Source: an uncultured Spirochaetales bacterium (GTDB lineage: Bacteria; Spirochaetota; Spirochaetia; CAZAKE01). Taken from it: a DNA stretch of 64,000 nucleotides. The stretch is from contig CAZAKE010000004.1 in assembly GCA_964485495.1 (NCBI GenBank), forward strand, positions 4,190 to 68,189, in the 5' to 3' direction. Positions 51,053 through 60,909 of the stretch are shown in pieces (the first letter of the stretch is position 1; each line of letters begins with the position of its first letter). A program made the translations under genes and the position numbers. The notes under the pieces are model-generated. The model did no database searches and was not told where the DNA came from. It worked only from the letters and a program-made list of their open reading frames with translations.

Positions 51053-51736
51053 ATGCATCAACTGAATCGTGTCAGAACCGTAACGGACAACGTATCGCTC
51101 AGGACGGCGTTGATCAGCGTATGGGACAAGTCGGGATTGGATATTTTGGTCGGTTCGCTCTACAAGTTTTGTCCCGATGTCACGGTCTACTCCACCGGAG
51201 GTACCTACGAGACGATTCGAGAGATTTCTGAATCCGGCTCAGCGATATCGTTGAAGCAGGTCTCGGAGTACACAGGCCAACCCGAGATGCAGGGCGGATT
51301 GGTCAAGACGCTCGATTATTCGATCTATCTCGGGCTCCTGAGTGAGTCGGATAATCCCGACCATGCGGAGGATCTGCGAAGAACCGGTGTCGTGCCGATC
51401 GATCTCGTCGTTTGCAATCTCTATCCCTTCTCCGAAATAATCGCCGGCGAGGATGCGGACCTTGAAGATGCGAGAGCCCATATCGACATAGGGGGACCCT
51501 GCATGTTGCGAGCCGCTGCGAAGAATTACCTTCGGGTGCTTGCAGTGTGTGATCCCGAAGATTATGCCGAGATCGGTCGGCTGTTGGAGGTTGGTCGAGG
51601 AACAATTCCCCTGGACACACGGATAACCTATGCCCGGAAGGTATTCAAGAGGACGAGTGAATACGACACGGCGATACACCGGTATTTCGAGGGTATTTCG
51701 TTCGATAATCCTGCGGGAGTGTATGATGCCGAATGA
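51053..51736 (+). CDS. Stand-alone MGS-like / IMP cyclohydrolase domain protein (PurH N-terminal domain homolog without the AICAR transformylase domain)
   Basis: ALISVWDKSGL, YSTGGTYETI, EYTGQPEMQGGLVKTL, VVCNLYPF and IDIGGPCMLRAAAKN align by eye with the PurH N-terminal motifs (ALLSVSDK, STGGTA, DYTGFPEMMDGRVKTL, VVVNLYPF, IDIGGPTMVRSAAKN). The ORF ends where miaB begins. Confidence 0.6.
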   Translation: MHQLNRVRTVTDNVSLRTALISVWDKSGLDILVGSLYKFCPDVTVYSTGGTYETIREISESGSAISLKQVSEYTGQPEMQGGLVKTLDYSIYLGLLSESDNPDHAEDLRRTGVVPIDLVVCNLYPFSEIIAGEDADLEDARAHIDIGGPCMLRAAAKNYLRVLAVCDPEDYAEIGRLLEVGRGTIPLDTRITYARKVFKRTSEYDTAIHRYFEGISFDNPAGVYDAE

Positions 51737-53123
51737 TCCCGACGGGAATGACGACAGGAGGACCGACGGTCCTATACCGAACGATAGAAAAAAATTTTGG
51801 ATCGATACATACGGCTGTCAGATGAATATGGCTGAGTCGGCGTCAATGGAATCGAGTCTGATCGGAGCCGGCTGGTGCAGGGCTGAAGGCCCTCAAGATG
51901 CAGACCTCGTGGTCCTCCATACCTGTGCCGTTCGGGAAAGCGCGGAACGGCGAGTTCGCGGCAGGCTCGGAGAACTCGGCCGAATCAAGAAGACAAACGA
52001 ATTTACTCTGGTACTCTCCGGGTGTATGGCGGAGAAACTGAAAATGAACCATGAGCCGGTAGATCGGTGTATCGATTATCTCATCGGGCCGATGGATCGA
52101 GGTGCATTCGTCGACGCGCTTTGTGCCGTTTCTGAAACAAAGCGTACTGCCGAATTCACTGTCCCGAGCTCGGAAGCGTCAGATAGACCCGAAAATGTGT
52201 ATCGGTTCGAGGAACGCTATTCTCTTCAAGATTCAATACAGTCATTTGTCCCAATCATGCACGGATGTAACAACTTCTGCTCCTACTGTATCATACCCTA
52301 CGTTCGCGGACCTGAGATCTCCCGTCCCTTCGATGCCGTCCTGCGCGAAGTCGTTTCCCTCAGTGCATCTGGTAGTAGGGAGATCACCTTCTTAGGACAA
52401 AACGTCAATTCGTATTCTCACGATGGTGTTGATTTTCCGCTTGTACTCGAGAAGATCTCGCAGGTCCTGCCTGAGGACGTATGGATACGTTTTCTCAGCC
52501 CTCATCCGAAAGACTTTTCAGAGAGACTCATCGACGTGATGTCGTTGTCCGCGAATATCTGTAACCACGTACATCTACCGGTGCAGCATGGCTCGGATCG
52601 TATTCTCGCAGCCATGAATAGAAAGTATGATCGAGCCCGGTTTATGGCTATTGTTCAATCGTTGAGACGAGCCATGCCCGGAATAGCCGTCTCGACCGAT
52701 ATTCTTATCGGGTTTCCAGGTGAATCGGAGGCGGACTTCGAGGCGACTCTCTCTCTTGTCGAGGAGGTCGAATTCGAAGACGCATTCACGTATTACTATA
52801 ATCGACGCAAAGGAACGGCTGCGGATACAATGCCTGATCATGTTCCACACAAGCTCAAACTCGAGCGTATCGATCGACTCATCCGGCTCCAGCGGGCAAT
52901 CGCTCATAAGAAGAAACTTCGTGCATTGGGCCAGGAACGGATTGCCTATGTCGAAGGACATTCCAGGCGGGACCCGGGAGAGATCTTGTGTCGAACCGAT
53001 AAAAATGAGATGGTGGTGGTGCGTGGAGGAAATTCGACGTCCGGTTCACTCCTGAGAATCAGATTATCGGATGTATCCGGAAGCACATTTCGTGGGGAGG
53101 TACTCACATGCCATGGAGATTGA
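51723..53123 (+). CDS. miaB: MiaB/RimO-family radical-SAM methylthiotransferase
   Basis: It has an MTTase N-terminal domain (FWIDTYGCQMN), the radical-SAM CxxxCxxC motif (GCNNFCSYCIIP), and a C-terminal TRAM-like region. I chose the internal Met at 51723. Confidence 0.8.
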   Translation: MMPNDPDGNDDRRTDGPIPNDRKKFWIDTYGCQMNMAESASMESSLIGAGWCRAEGPQDADLVVLHTCAVRESAERRVRGRLGELGRIKKTNEFTLVLSGCMAEKLKMNHEPVDRCIDYLIGPMDRGAFVDALCAVSETKRTAEFTVPSSEASDRPENVYRFEERYSLQDSIQSFVPIMHGCNNFCSYCIIPYVRGPEISRPFDAVLREVVSLSASGSREITFLGQNVNSYSHDGVDFPLVLEKISQVLPEDVWIRFLSPHPKDFSERLIDVMSLSANICNHVHLPVQHGSDRILAAMNRKYDRARFMAIVQSLRRAMPGIAVSTDILIGFPGESEADFEATLSLVEEVEFEDAFTYYYNRRKGTAADTMPDHVPHKLKLERIDRLIRLQRAIAHKKKLRALGQERIAYVEGHSRRDPGEILCRTDKNEMVVVRGGNSTSGSLLRIRLSDVSGSTFRGEVLTCHGD

Positions 53124-53509
53124 TCTCGTTTTTATTGTCCCTGATAATCATTACGGTTTTTATCGCGTTCAACCTCGACAACGTATCCGATATCTCATTC
53201 GGTTTTACGGTCCTTACCGAGGTACCGATCTTCGTTAGTCTTTTGGTTGCGTTTCTGGCCGGGGCCCTCGTGATGCTCCCCGCTGCGATCGGAAGAAGAG
53301 GATCGAGCCATGGGTCGGATGAGCCGTCAAGTAAGAAGAAAGCCCTGCCGAAAAGATCACAAGAGGGTACAGTTGGAGACGATAAACAGGCTGCGGATAC
53401 CGGAAATCCCGGCAAGGGTTCCGGCAAACCGGCATCCGATGGGCAAGATACCGGTAAAAGTGACAGGAGCGGAGAGAAGAAAGGGAAGAAAAGACGAAAG
53501 TTATTCTGA
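53108..53509 (+). CDS. Small membrane protein with a Lys-rich tail (LapA/YciS-like)
   Basis: It has two TM helices followed by a basic low-complexity tail (KKGKKRRK). It overlaps the miaB stop. Confidence 0.45.
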   Translation: MPWRLISFLLSLIIITVFIAFNLDNVSDISFGFTVLTEVPIFVSLLVAFLAGALVMLPAAIGRRGSSHGSDEPSSKKKALPKRSQEGTVGDDKQAADTGNPGKGSGKPASDGQDTGKSDRSGEKKGKKRRKLF

Positions 53510-53537
53510 GCGACGCCGACTGGATACCGTCTGCCGG

Positions 53538-54680
53538 ATGACCGAGTATAGAGTGGCGCAGGTGATACTATGCCTCGTTTTCCTCGTACTATCGGGAGCC
53601 GTTTCTGTGTATGCCGAAGTGCTCGATGAAGCCGACGCGCACTATACTGCCGGCAGATACGATGAGGCATTCTCGGCATACAGCAGATGGCTTGCCGGTC
53701 ATTGTGGCACTGAGAATGCGCAACAGAAGAATTCGGGGCTGATCTACTCGGTTGAGTTTGTACGCGTGCTTCGCAGAGCGGCCACTCTCGCCGATTCTTA
53801 CCAGGCAGCCCTAACGATGCTATCGGACAATATCGATCGTGCAACGACTGCAGATCAGGCAACGATCCTGATAGATATGGCCCGGATCGAGGAGGCGGCG
53901 GGTCGATACGAGGAAGCCCAGCGCCACTTCGAGCGTGCGGCGTTTCTGATACCCGGCAAGCAGATTTACGAAGCTCTTCTCGATTCCGGAAGGCTGCTGT
54001 TGGAATTCGGGCAGTATGCGAAAGCCGATGCACATGCACGCGCCGTAATATCAGGCGCCGACGATTTCGGCCTTCGGTTACGGGGAAACCTCATCCTGTC
54101 GCGGATACGGGCCGCCCGTGGTGAATACGAGGCCGCGTTCGTAATTGTTACTGCCTATCCAATTGAAAAGCTACCGGCGGAGGGGCTATTATGGCTCTAC
54201 CGGCTTTCCATGTATCTATCGCACAATGAAACTGCGGATGCTGCGATGGCTCGTATCTCATCCGCCTATCCACACTCTCCCGAGTACGGACTCATCAGTC
54301 CCCTTGTTATTTCCCGAATAGTAGAGAAACCAACCGCCACATCGATACTTGGCTTGCTGCCTCAGACCGAGGATCCTGTTGAAATTATTGAAGAAGAATC
54401 TGGGGAAACCACTACTTCGGATCATGAATCAGACGGCTATACGGTTCAACCTGCCGGCATGCTCTATGTACAAACCGGTTCATTCGTCGACAAGGAGAAC
54501 GCGGAGTATTTTGCCGCCGATTTGAATGCAGTAGGATTCGAGACTTTGATACTCGAGGCATTGGTCAAAGGCCGCAGGTACTTCCGGGTGGTTGTTCCGG
54601 TTCTGACCAGTGAATTAGACAGGACGATACTGCTGCTAAAGGAGGAAGGATACGAGGGGTATCCACTGTATTCGGAGTAA
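53538..54680 (+). CDS. TPR-like protein with a C-terminal SPOR domain
   Basis: It has a signal/TM anchor and TPR-like helices. The C-terminus (GMLYVQTGSFVDKENAEYFAADLNAVGFETLILEALVKGRRYFRVVV) resembles a SPOR peptidoglycan-binding domain. Confidence 0.55.
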   Translation: MTEYRVAQVILCLVFLVLSGAVSVYAEVLDEADAHYTAGRYDEAFSAYSRWLAGHCGTENAQQKNSGLIYSVEFVRVLRRAATLADSYQAALTMLSDNIDRATTADQATILIDMARIEEAAGRYEEAQRHFERAAFLIPGKQIYEALLDSGRLLLEFGQYAKADAHARAVISGADDFGLRLRGNLILSRIRAARGEYEAAFVIVTAYPIEKLPAEGLLWLYRLSMYLSHNETADAAMARISSAYPHSPEYGLISPLVISRIVEKPTATSILGLLPQTEDPVEIIEEESGETTTSDHESDGYTVQPAGMLYVQTGSFVDKENAEYFAADLNAVGFETLILEALVKGRRYFRVVVPVLTSELDRTILLLKEEGYEGYPLYSE

Positions 54681-54724
54681 CTCGGCACTTATAAAATGGT
54701 AGCATAGGGTAGTGAGGATGCCGT

Positions 54725-56344
54725 TTACTCCCCGTCTCTTGAATTCGTCGTTTCCGCCGTATCGGTTTGGTCGGATTCTTCCCGGTCTTGGGCTTCAAGG
54801 GTCTCGACCTGTCTGAATCGGAGAAGTTCGCTCGAATTCGGATAGAATCCCTGTACCCGAATTGAGCCCGGAATCAACATCAGTGTTCGAATGATTTCCG
54901 TTTCATGCTCTTCGATCAACAAATCGAATTTATACGTTCTGGAATCGACCGTAACTCCGCTTCGATCTTGTATTCGTAGCTCCAGGATATAATTCCCGAT
55001 CGAGTAAACCGAGAATGTACCGACAACCGTCTCATCATCATGTCGCATGGTAAAGCGAGGGTGATCGAACTGAATGCTACCGCCTGTCTCACCGGTATAA
55101 TACCCGACGAGATTGGGAAGTGTGTCGGGTTGTTCGATTATCGATTCCGAGGAGCGCAGAAGGGATCGCTGCATTGTGCCTGAGAGCCGAAAAAATTGAC
55201 CACTCCACTCCTCGTTGATCGTTCGAACTCCGGTTTGAGAGTTGATCTCATAAATCGTTACTCGGAGTGTATCAAGGGTATCCACTCGTACTGCGGCTTG
55301 TATTCGTATGAACGGCATGAGCTCATTCACACCGTGTATGGAAATGCTGTTTGAGAGATACCTGTACGAGTTTTCCCAGCGGTAGATCTCTTGCACATCG
55401 CCGGAAAAGAGAGTGACCAGGTCATTGACCGGTTCGAAGAGGATGATCATCGTCTTTCCGTCACTCCGAGAAGAGGACCATGGTCCGTCGAGAAATTTTT
55501 CGAATGCATCGGCATCTTGCCTGTAGAGTTCCTTCAACCGCCGATCGGCGATATCCTTTCCGGGGATCAATACCCGTTTTACTTGGATGTACGCTTGCGC
55601 CTGATGTTTCCAGAGGTATGTCGTCTTGATGAGGTCATTGAGGTTCTCAGATTCCGGATCGCGCTCATATGCGATTATCGGAAAACTGATGCCGTTCTTT
55701 CTGTCGGAATGATAGGCCTGCGATCGAGTCGTAACTTCGATTTCGATGGTTCCTTCGATTCGCTCGGAGAAGATACTGGTATATGACAATCCCGATTCCT
55801 GTGAAGATCGCGACCGATGAAAGGCATCGAGAGTTTGTTTTCCGTCTGTACTCAAGCCGGTACAGACTATCTCGATCTCATGGTCACCGACGAGATCTTC
55901 CAGGGTTAGCTGGAACGATCGATACGACATTGCACCCGTTTCATGCTCCCAAGAGATGAAGAACGTATTTAGAATCGAATCGAAGTCTACGACTGCGACA
56001 CGGACAGGAGCGTCGGGTATGCCGCGTGCACGCAGAACGAGTACCTGTTCGTCCGTTTGGTCCAGATCGAGGTTAACCGTGAGTACCTGGAGAAGCAGAT
56101 CTTCAGGGGCGATCTCCACCTTGGGCAGTTGCTCGGAATACTCGTCCTCGTATGCGGAAAGGTCCTTCGTTCCTCCGGCCTTCGGCACGGTTCCGGGAAT
56201 CACGAGCCGCGGAGCTTGTACCGTTTTCTCAGGGGTATCCTCCGGCCCACAACCGATGAGCAGCACTCCACATACAGCCATGAGAAGGCATCTGCCGAGA
56301 CGGAGTCGCGAGTCTGCTTTTATCTGTGGAAAATACTGTGCCAT
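54725..56344 (-). CDS. Hypothetical lipoprotein
   Basis: It has a lipobox signal (LLMAVCGVLLIGCGPED) and is 539 residues long, with no motif I recognise. Confidence 0.5.
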   Translation of the reverse strand: MAQYFPQIKADSRLRLGRCLLMAVCGVLLIGCGPEDTPEKTVQAPRLVIPGTVPKAGGTKDLSAYEDEYSEQLPKVEIAPEDLLLQVLTVNLDLDQTDEQVLVLRARGIPDAPVRVAVVDFDSILNTFFISWEHETGAMSYRSFQLTLEDLVGDHEIEIVCTGLSTDGKQTLDAFHRSRSSQESGLSYTSIFSERIEGTIEIEVTTRSQAYHSDRKNGISFPIIAYERDPESENLNDLIKTTYLWKHQAQAYIQVKRVLIPGKDIADRRLKELYRQDADAFEKFLDGPWSSSRSDGKTMIILFEPVNDLVTLFSGDVQEIYRWENSYRYLSNSISIHGVNELMPFIRIQAAVRVDTLDTLRVTIYEINSQTGVRTINEEWSGQFFRLSGTMQRSLLRSSESIIEQPDTLPNLVGYYTGETGGSIQFDHPRFTMRHDDETVVGTFSVYSIGNYILELRIQDRSGVTVDSRTYKFDLLIEEHETEIIRTLMLIPGSIRVQGFYPNSSELLRFRQVETLEAQDREESDQTDTAETTNSRDGE

Positions 56345-56408
56345 TGTGTTTTTTTCCGGAATCGTAATGACAAGTCTGATCGGAGACCCGACAGCCTCCG
56401 TGAGCCCC

Positions 56409-57398
56409 TCAAAAATACTTTCGAAGCATATCTAACACCTTCGGTTTGATCTCATCAAGTGGGTACTTGCTCTTGAATCCGGCGGCGGTCTTGTGACCAC
56501 CACCACCGAAGAATTGGGCTATCTCGGCGACATTAATATTCCCCTTCGATCGCATGGAACAACGCAGGATCTCCTCCTCGTTTTCCTTGAAGAAGATCGA
56601 TACGAGGATGTCCCCGCTCTTCAATGGTATATTGATGATCGTGTCGGCTTCTTCGTACTGGGCTCCACATTCTGCAATCGTTTCTTTCAACATGGTTTGA
56701 ATGGCGACATGTTGGTCGTACACGAGTTCAAGTGATGCGAGAACTTGAGACTGCAATCTGAGAGAGGAGATCGAATTGCTTTCATACACCTTGGAGTACA
56801 CGAAATTCGGCTTCACTCCTAATGCTACGAGGATATGGGCGATCTCGAAGGTTCTGGCGGATGTTTTCGGATACACGAAACATCCTGTATCATATATGAT
56901 TCCGACGTATAGTGCCTGAGCCGTCTCGAAATCGATCTCGACATCCAGCTCTTCGAAGAGTTCGAATAATACCTCACAGGTTGAGGAGGCGTTCTCTTCG
57001 ATGATGTTCGATCTATCATTATCCTCGCCCTGTTCGTGGTGATCGATTATGAGATACTCCTTTGTGAAGGGAAGGATTCGTTCGGCAATCATTCCGATAT
57101 TGTGTGTATCGTTTGTGTCTAAAATAATCAGTGCCCACTCCGCGAGATTTTCCTTGAATGTAAGAGTGTTGTTACTCTCGAGTTCATCGAGAGTCTTGAT
57201 GATATCGCTCGTATCGAGAAACCGGTACTTATCCGACATTGGATCGGCATTACAGATGAGTGCGTGCTTGCCTAACTTACACAGCGCACAGTACAGGGCA
57301 TATTCGCTACCCAACGCATCGCCGTCGGGTGTTTCATGTGCGGTGATGATGAAATTCGAGTTTCGATCGATAAATCTGGACGCAGCATCCAACCTCAT
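56409..57398 (-). CDS. nrnA: DHH-family phosphoesterase (NrnA-like oligoribonuclease / pAp phosphatase)
   Basis: It has a DHH motif (IIDHHEQ), N-terminal Asp motifs (ITAHETPDGDALGS), and DHHA1 GGGGHKTAAG. Confidence 0.8.
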   Translation of the reverse strand: MRLDAASRFIDRNSNFIITAHETPDGDALGSEYALYCALCKLGKHALICNADPMSDKYRFLDTSDIIKTLDELESNNTLTFKENLAEWALIILDTNDTHNIGMIAERILPFTKEYLIIDHHEQGEDNDRSNIIEENASSTCEVLFELFEELDVEIDFETAQALYVGIIYDTGCFVYPKTSARTFEIAHILVALGVKPNFVYSKVYESNSISSLRLQSQVLASLELVYDQHVAIQTMLKETIAECGAQYEEADTIINIPLKSGDILVSIFFKENEEEILRCSMRSKGNINVAEIAQFFGGGGHKTAAGFKSKYPLDEIKPKVLDMLRKYF

Positions 57399-57418
57399 GC
57401 GTTTCGAACCCAGTCCTG

Positions 57419-58720
57419 TTACACAGTTTCGCTAGTGCCTTCACTGTCCTTACCTCTGTTCCGAGAAAGCAGCAGAAGTATGACAGACACCACTAGAATT
57501 AGAATAAGTGCAATACCGGCAAATATCCAGATTTTATCTATACTTTCTCGAATTTCTAACCGAATCGGGATTCGTGAAGGAGAAAACCGAGCCTCTCCGG
57601 TGTCCGTGAAGGAAAAGACGATCTCGGCGGCATATTCGCCGGGATCGCGAGGGGATTCGATGCGCAGGGGGATCCGCTCCTCTATGGAACCGTCTTTCGG
57701 CACATCGATCGAAACACCCTCGAACAGCACATCTTCAATCCGGCCATCCGCATATTCGATGCCGACACGTTCGATATCGACGGTTACACCGGCATCATAG
57801 CCGAATGATTCCAGTACCACGGTGACTTTCCCGATACCCATAGAGTCGATTTTCAGCACTTCGGGGATAGAAACTAGGTCCACCCTTCCGAGAAATCCGT
57901 CGGTGGCTTCCGAGAGCCGGTCCGACAAGGAATCATCCGAATCCGCGGATTCTACCGGTTGATCGGTACCTGGTCGGTCCGCCACACTCCCTGCTGTTTC
58001 GGCCGACATGGTACCACCATCACCAGATCGTGAGGTCGTGGTGGAATCTTCCGGTGGAGTTACCGCGGCTACTTCCGCGTACGTCGCCGACAGCTCTTCG
58101 GCCATTCTCCGGGCATCGGTGGCTGCGCCGATGCCGAGGATTAGGATTTTCCATCCTTCCCGCTGTATCGATTTCGTATTTGTAAGAAACGCGTGATTGA
58201 AGCTACCGTCTGGTGAATAATACTTGCTGTCCGGTGGCGCTTCCTGGATACCGTCGGTGAGTAGAAGAAGGTATTTTCGCATTTCGGACGCTGTCACCGA
58301 TTTGACGGCCGCATCCAGAGCATCCAGGGCGTTGCCGATATCGGTATAGCGTCCGTCGGCCTCGAGTGAGGCAACCTTCGAGTGTAGAGAACTCCTGTCC
58401 GTCGCGACCCTTTCCGATACCAATCTCACGGCTTTACCGAAGAAGGCGATGATGGTGACCCTATCTCCTTCGATCAGCAGCCGGTCTACCAATGATTCTT
58501 TCACGTATTGCCTGACAGCGGCAATCTCTTCTTCCATAGACAGAGATTTATCTAAAACTATGAAGACATCTATATTCTCATCTCTGGAATCGGCTATCAC
58601 CGGCATGAACGGAACCATGATAAGCAGTGCGATCACGATGATCCGATTTCCACACAATTGGTATCGCGGGACCAATTTCCGGTGAGTCGTACACGAGTGG
58701 TTCCATTTTAGATGTATCAT
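57419..58720 (-). CDS. von Willebrand factor A domain membrane protein (BatA/BatB-like)
   Basis: It has an N-terminal TM helix, a vWA domain with the MIDAS motif DVFIVLDKSLSM, an acidic linker, a beta-rich domain and a C-terminal TM helix. Confidence 0.75.
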   Translation of the reverse strand: MIHLKWNHSCTTHRKLVPRYQLCGNRIIVIALLIMVPFMPVIADSRDENIDVFIVLDKSLSMEEEIAAVRQYVKESLVDRLLIEGDRVTIIAFFGKAVRLVSERVATDRSSLHSKVASLEADGRYTDIGNALDALDAAVKSVTASEMRKYLLLLTDGIQEAPPDSKYYSPDGSFNHAFLTNTKSIQREGWKILILGIGAATDARRMAEELSATYAEVAAVTPPEDSTTTSRSGDGGTMSAETAGSVADRPGTDQPVESADSDDSLSDRLSEATDGFLGRVDLVSIPEVLKIDSMGIGKVTVVLESFGYDAGVTVDIERVGIEYADGRIEDVLFEGVSIDVPKDGSIEERIPLRIESPRDPGEYAAEIVFSFTDTGEARFSPSRIPIRLEIRESIDKIWIFAGIALILILVVSVILLLLSRNRGKDSEGTSETV

Positions 58721-58769
58721 AAGCGATATTGTATCATGTGTTGTAGTGGCGCGTAAGTATAATTCACTG

Positions 58770-58783
58770 AAAAAAAAAAAAAA
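58770..58783 (+). repeat. A14 homopolymer tract in the cfpA upstream region
   Basis: Read directly from the sequence. It lies in a 126-bp AT-rich intergenic region that runs divergently between the vWA gene and cfpA. Confidence 0.9.
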
Positions 58784-58816
58784 CGTCTTTACATTTCCCT
58801 TTGCTTACTGATAATG

Positions 58817-58822
58817 TATAAT
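58817..58822 (+). promoter_or_regulatory. Consensus -10 box TATAAT for the cfpA-like gene
   Basis: TATAAT sits 25 nt upstream of the ATG, and the RBS AAGGAG is at 58835-58840. A second TATAAT lies at 58758-58763. The -35 element is ambiguous; TTTACA at 58788 is 23 nt away. Confidence 0.45.
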
Positions 58823-58846
58823 ACAAATAAATAGAAGGAGAGTGTA

Positions 58847-60892
58847 ATGGCAAGTATAGATCTTCCCAAGAGTCCGATGGTTTTCCATCCGGAGAAGCGG
58901 AGCGCAGTGGGATCGCGCAACTCTCTCGCTCAAGAAAGTCGTGATCAGCAGGCAGAAGTAGATAGGCTTCTTGAGGAAGAAGTCGATAAAGTTATAAATC
59001 ATATCAATACCAAACTCCCCAAAGAAGTCCTTGAGCGAATGGACGTCATGGGAGGATTGAAAGAGAAACTTTACAACTATTTCAACCAAAACTACCAAAA
59101 CATGTTCAATAGGTACATTGTGACCACTGAAGATGAGATGGTGAAGAAGGTCCGTAACTTTATCGACCGCGAGGAGATGAAGGTCCTTACCCGGTATACA
59201 CCGAAAGAGATCGCCGCCCTCTTAGACGAGGTCGGTGGAATGGACAAGTTCAATACCGGTGAGATCGAGAAATCCATCGTCAATATGTATGGACACCTCC
59301 AAGGACATATCCAACGCGGTGTCAACGACCTGGAAAATCTCACGAACTCACTCTTACGACAGAAGACCGATGTCGGTGCATTCATCAGGGGTGAAAACGC
59401 ATACTCCGTTGTGAAGTGTTCTTTTAAGGATAACTTGTTCAAACCGAAGACTGTTTCCGACGTGAAGATGTCGGTGAATATCCTCGATTCCGAGCTTATC
59501 AGCCCGATCTTCCACTACCAGGTCACTGTGGAATACCTCATCAAGGAACTCATCTCAAAGAACATCATAGATGAGATCGAAAAGGACATCGAAAAGCTCA
59601 AGGATCAGCTCATCGATGAGGGCAAAGAGGAGCTAAACGATTCCGAGATCATCTTCCAGAAGATGGATAGGGTCGAGAAGTTTACGAGTGACGACTCTGA
59701 GAATCCCAAGTCGAACAGGTATAAGTACGTTGCGAAACACCTTATGGATCGGATCGAGGGGTTGCGGGCGGAGATCGACCCCGAAACCTTCGATCAGTTG
59801 AACATTAGAGAAAACCTTAAGCAGATCGTCGACATCGAGAACATTCGAAATCGTGGGTACAACACGGCGATAAACTCGATCACCTCGATACTCGACACTT
59901 CCAAGATGGGGTATCAGTACATCGAGAATCTCAAGAATGCCCGTGAGCTCATCATTCGAGAATATGAGGATACCGACCCCAAGGACCTTCCCGACGAAAG
60001 ATATCAGATCAAGTTGAAGTACTACGATAACGCTCAATTGATCGAAGAGCGAAAGGCCTACGACGTGCAGATCAAGTCTTTCGAAGTCGAGGTACAGCAT
60101 CTGTGGGACGTTCTCGAAATGGTGTACGTAGATTCTAAGATGCTCAAGCGTATCACCGACTTCTCGGACCTTTCCAAGATCTACCGGCGGAAGATCAGAC
60201 GCAAGATCAAGGCACTCACCGGTGAGCCGGTATACGAAGATATCGATAAGTCTTGGGATGAGATATCCTTCGTCAAACCGGCGGAGACGCAGGTCGAACA
60301 GATGAACAGGACATATGTCTTTGAGAAAGACAAGCTCAGTAAGAAGATAATACTCATGGAAAGCCGTCTGCAGGAGATGTATGGGTTCCGGTATCCGATT
60401 CAGAGAAGGGTGATGGAAGACCGTCTTGCCTTCCTGCAAAGACAATATCTCTCCTTCGATTATTTGATAAATCCCTATCACATCCAACCGGGTCTCCTGC
60501 TTGATCTCGACATTACATCGATCAAGCGTAAGAAAGCGACACTGGACGGTATGGCCAATGTCTTGAACGAATTCCTCCACGGCGTGTCGAAGGGATTTCA
60601 GGATGCCGCATTTGCATCATTCTCACGGCGTAGGTCGACGGTAAGAGAAGACATCGACATGCATTTCACCACCGATATCGCTCAACTCGAAGAGGAAGAA
60701 GCGGAAGACGGTGGTGGTCAGAGTGCCGGGGCAAACTATCTTGATATGTTGAATGATGACGGTGGATCCGATAAAACCGGCGGTGCTAAGGCTGATTCGG
60801 GTGTGGTCGATCAGGAACCGAAGAGTAAGCGTAGTCGGAAAAGGGGACGGCCGAAGAAATCGTCGAGTGATGATGGACTGACGACTCTATAA
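58847..60892 (+). CDS. cfpA: Cytoplasmic filament protein CfpA-like coiled-coil protein with a basic AT-hook-like C-terminal tail
   Basis: The 681-residue product is coiled-coil-rich and has the C-terminus ...[26 protein letters not shown]. Its size and its position, followed by a ~340-residue unknown gene and then a PPDK-like gene, match the cfpA-unknown-ppdK arrangement in T. pallidum, as I recall it. The identity call is inference from synteny and size, not from alignment. Confidence 0.6.
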   Translation: MASIDLPKSPMVFHPEKRSAVGSRNSLAQESRDQQAEVDRLLEEEVDKVINHINTKLPKEVLERMDVMGGLKEKLYNYFNQNYQNMFNRYIVTTEDEMVKKVRNFIDREEMKVLTRYTPKEIAALLDEVGGMDKFNTGEIEKSIVNMYGHLQGHIQRGVNDLENLTNSLLRQKTDVGAFIRGENAYSVVKCSFKDNLFKPKTVSDVKMSVNILDSELISPIFHYQVTVEYLIKELISKNIIDEIEKDIEKLKDQLIDEGKEELNDSEIIFQKMDRVEKFTSDDSENPKSNRYKYVAKHLMDRIEGLRAEIDPETFDQLNIRENLKQIVDIENIRNRGYNTAINSITSILDTSKMGYQYIENLKNARELIIREYEDTDPKDLPDERYQIKLKYYDNAQLIEERKAYDVQIKSFEVEVQHLWDVLEMVYVDSKMLKRITDFSDLSKIYRRKIRRKIKALTGEPVYEDIDKSWDEISFVKPAETQVEQMNRTYVFEKDKLSKKIILMESRLQEMYGFRYPIQRRVMEDRLAFLQRQYLSFDYLINPYHIQPGLLLDLDITSIKRKKATLDGMANVLNEFLHGVSKGFQDAAFASFSRRRSTVREDIDMHFTTDIAQLEEEEAEDGGGQSAGANYLDMLNDDGGSDKTGGAKADSGVVDQEPKSKRSRKRGRPKKSSSDDGLTTL

Positions 60893-60909
60893 GAGTACTG
60901 TGTAAATCG

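Noticed and set aside
59633-60580. 315-residue - strand ORF inside cfpA
   Set aside because: It is antisense to a strongly supported coiled-coil gene that has a promoter, RBS and terminator, and its composition is artefactual.
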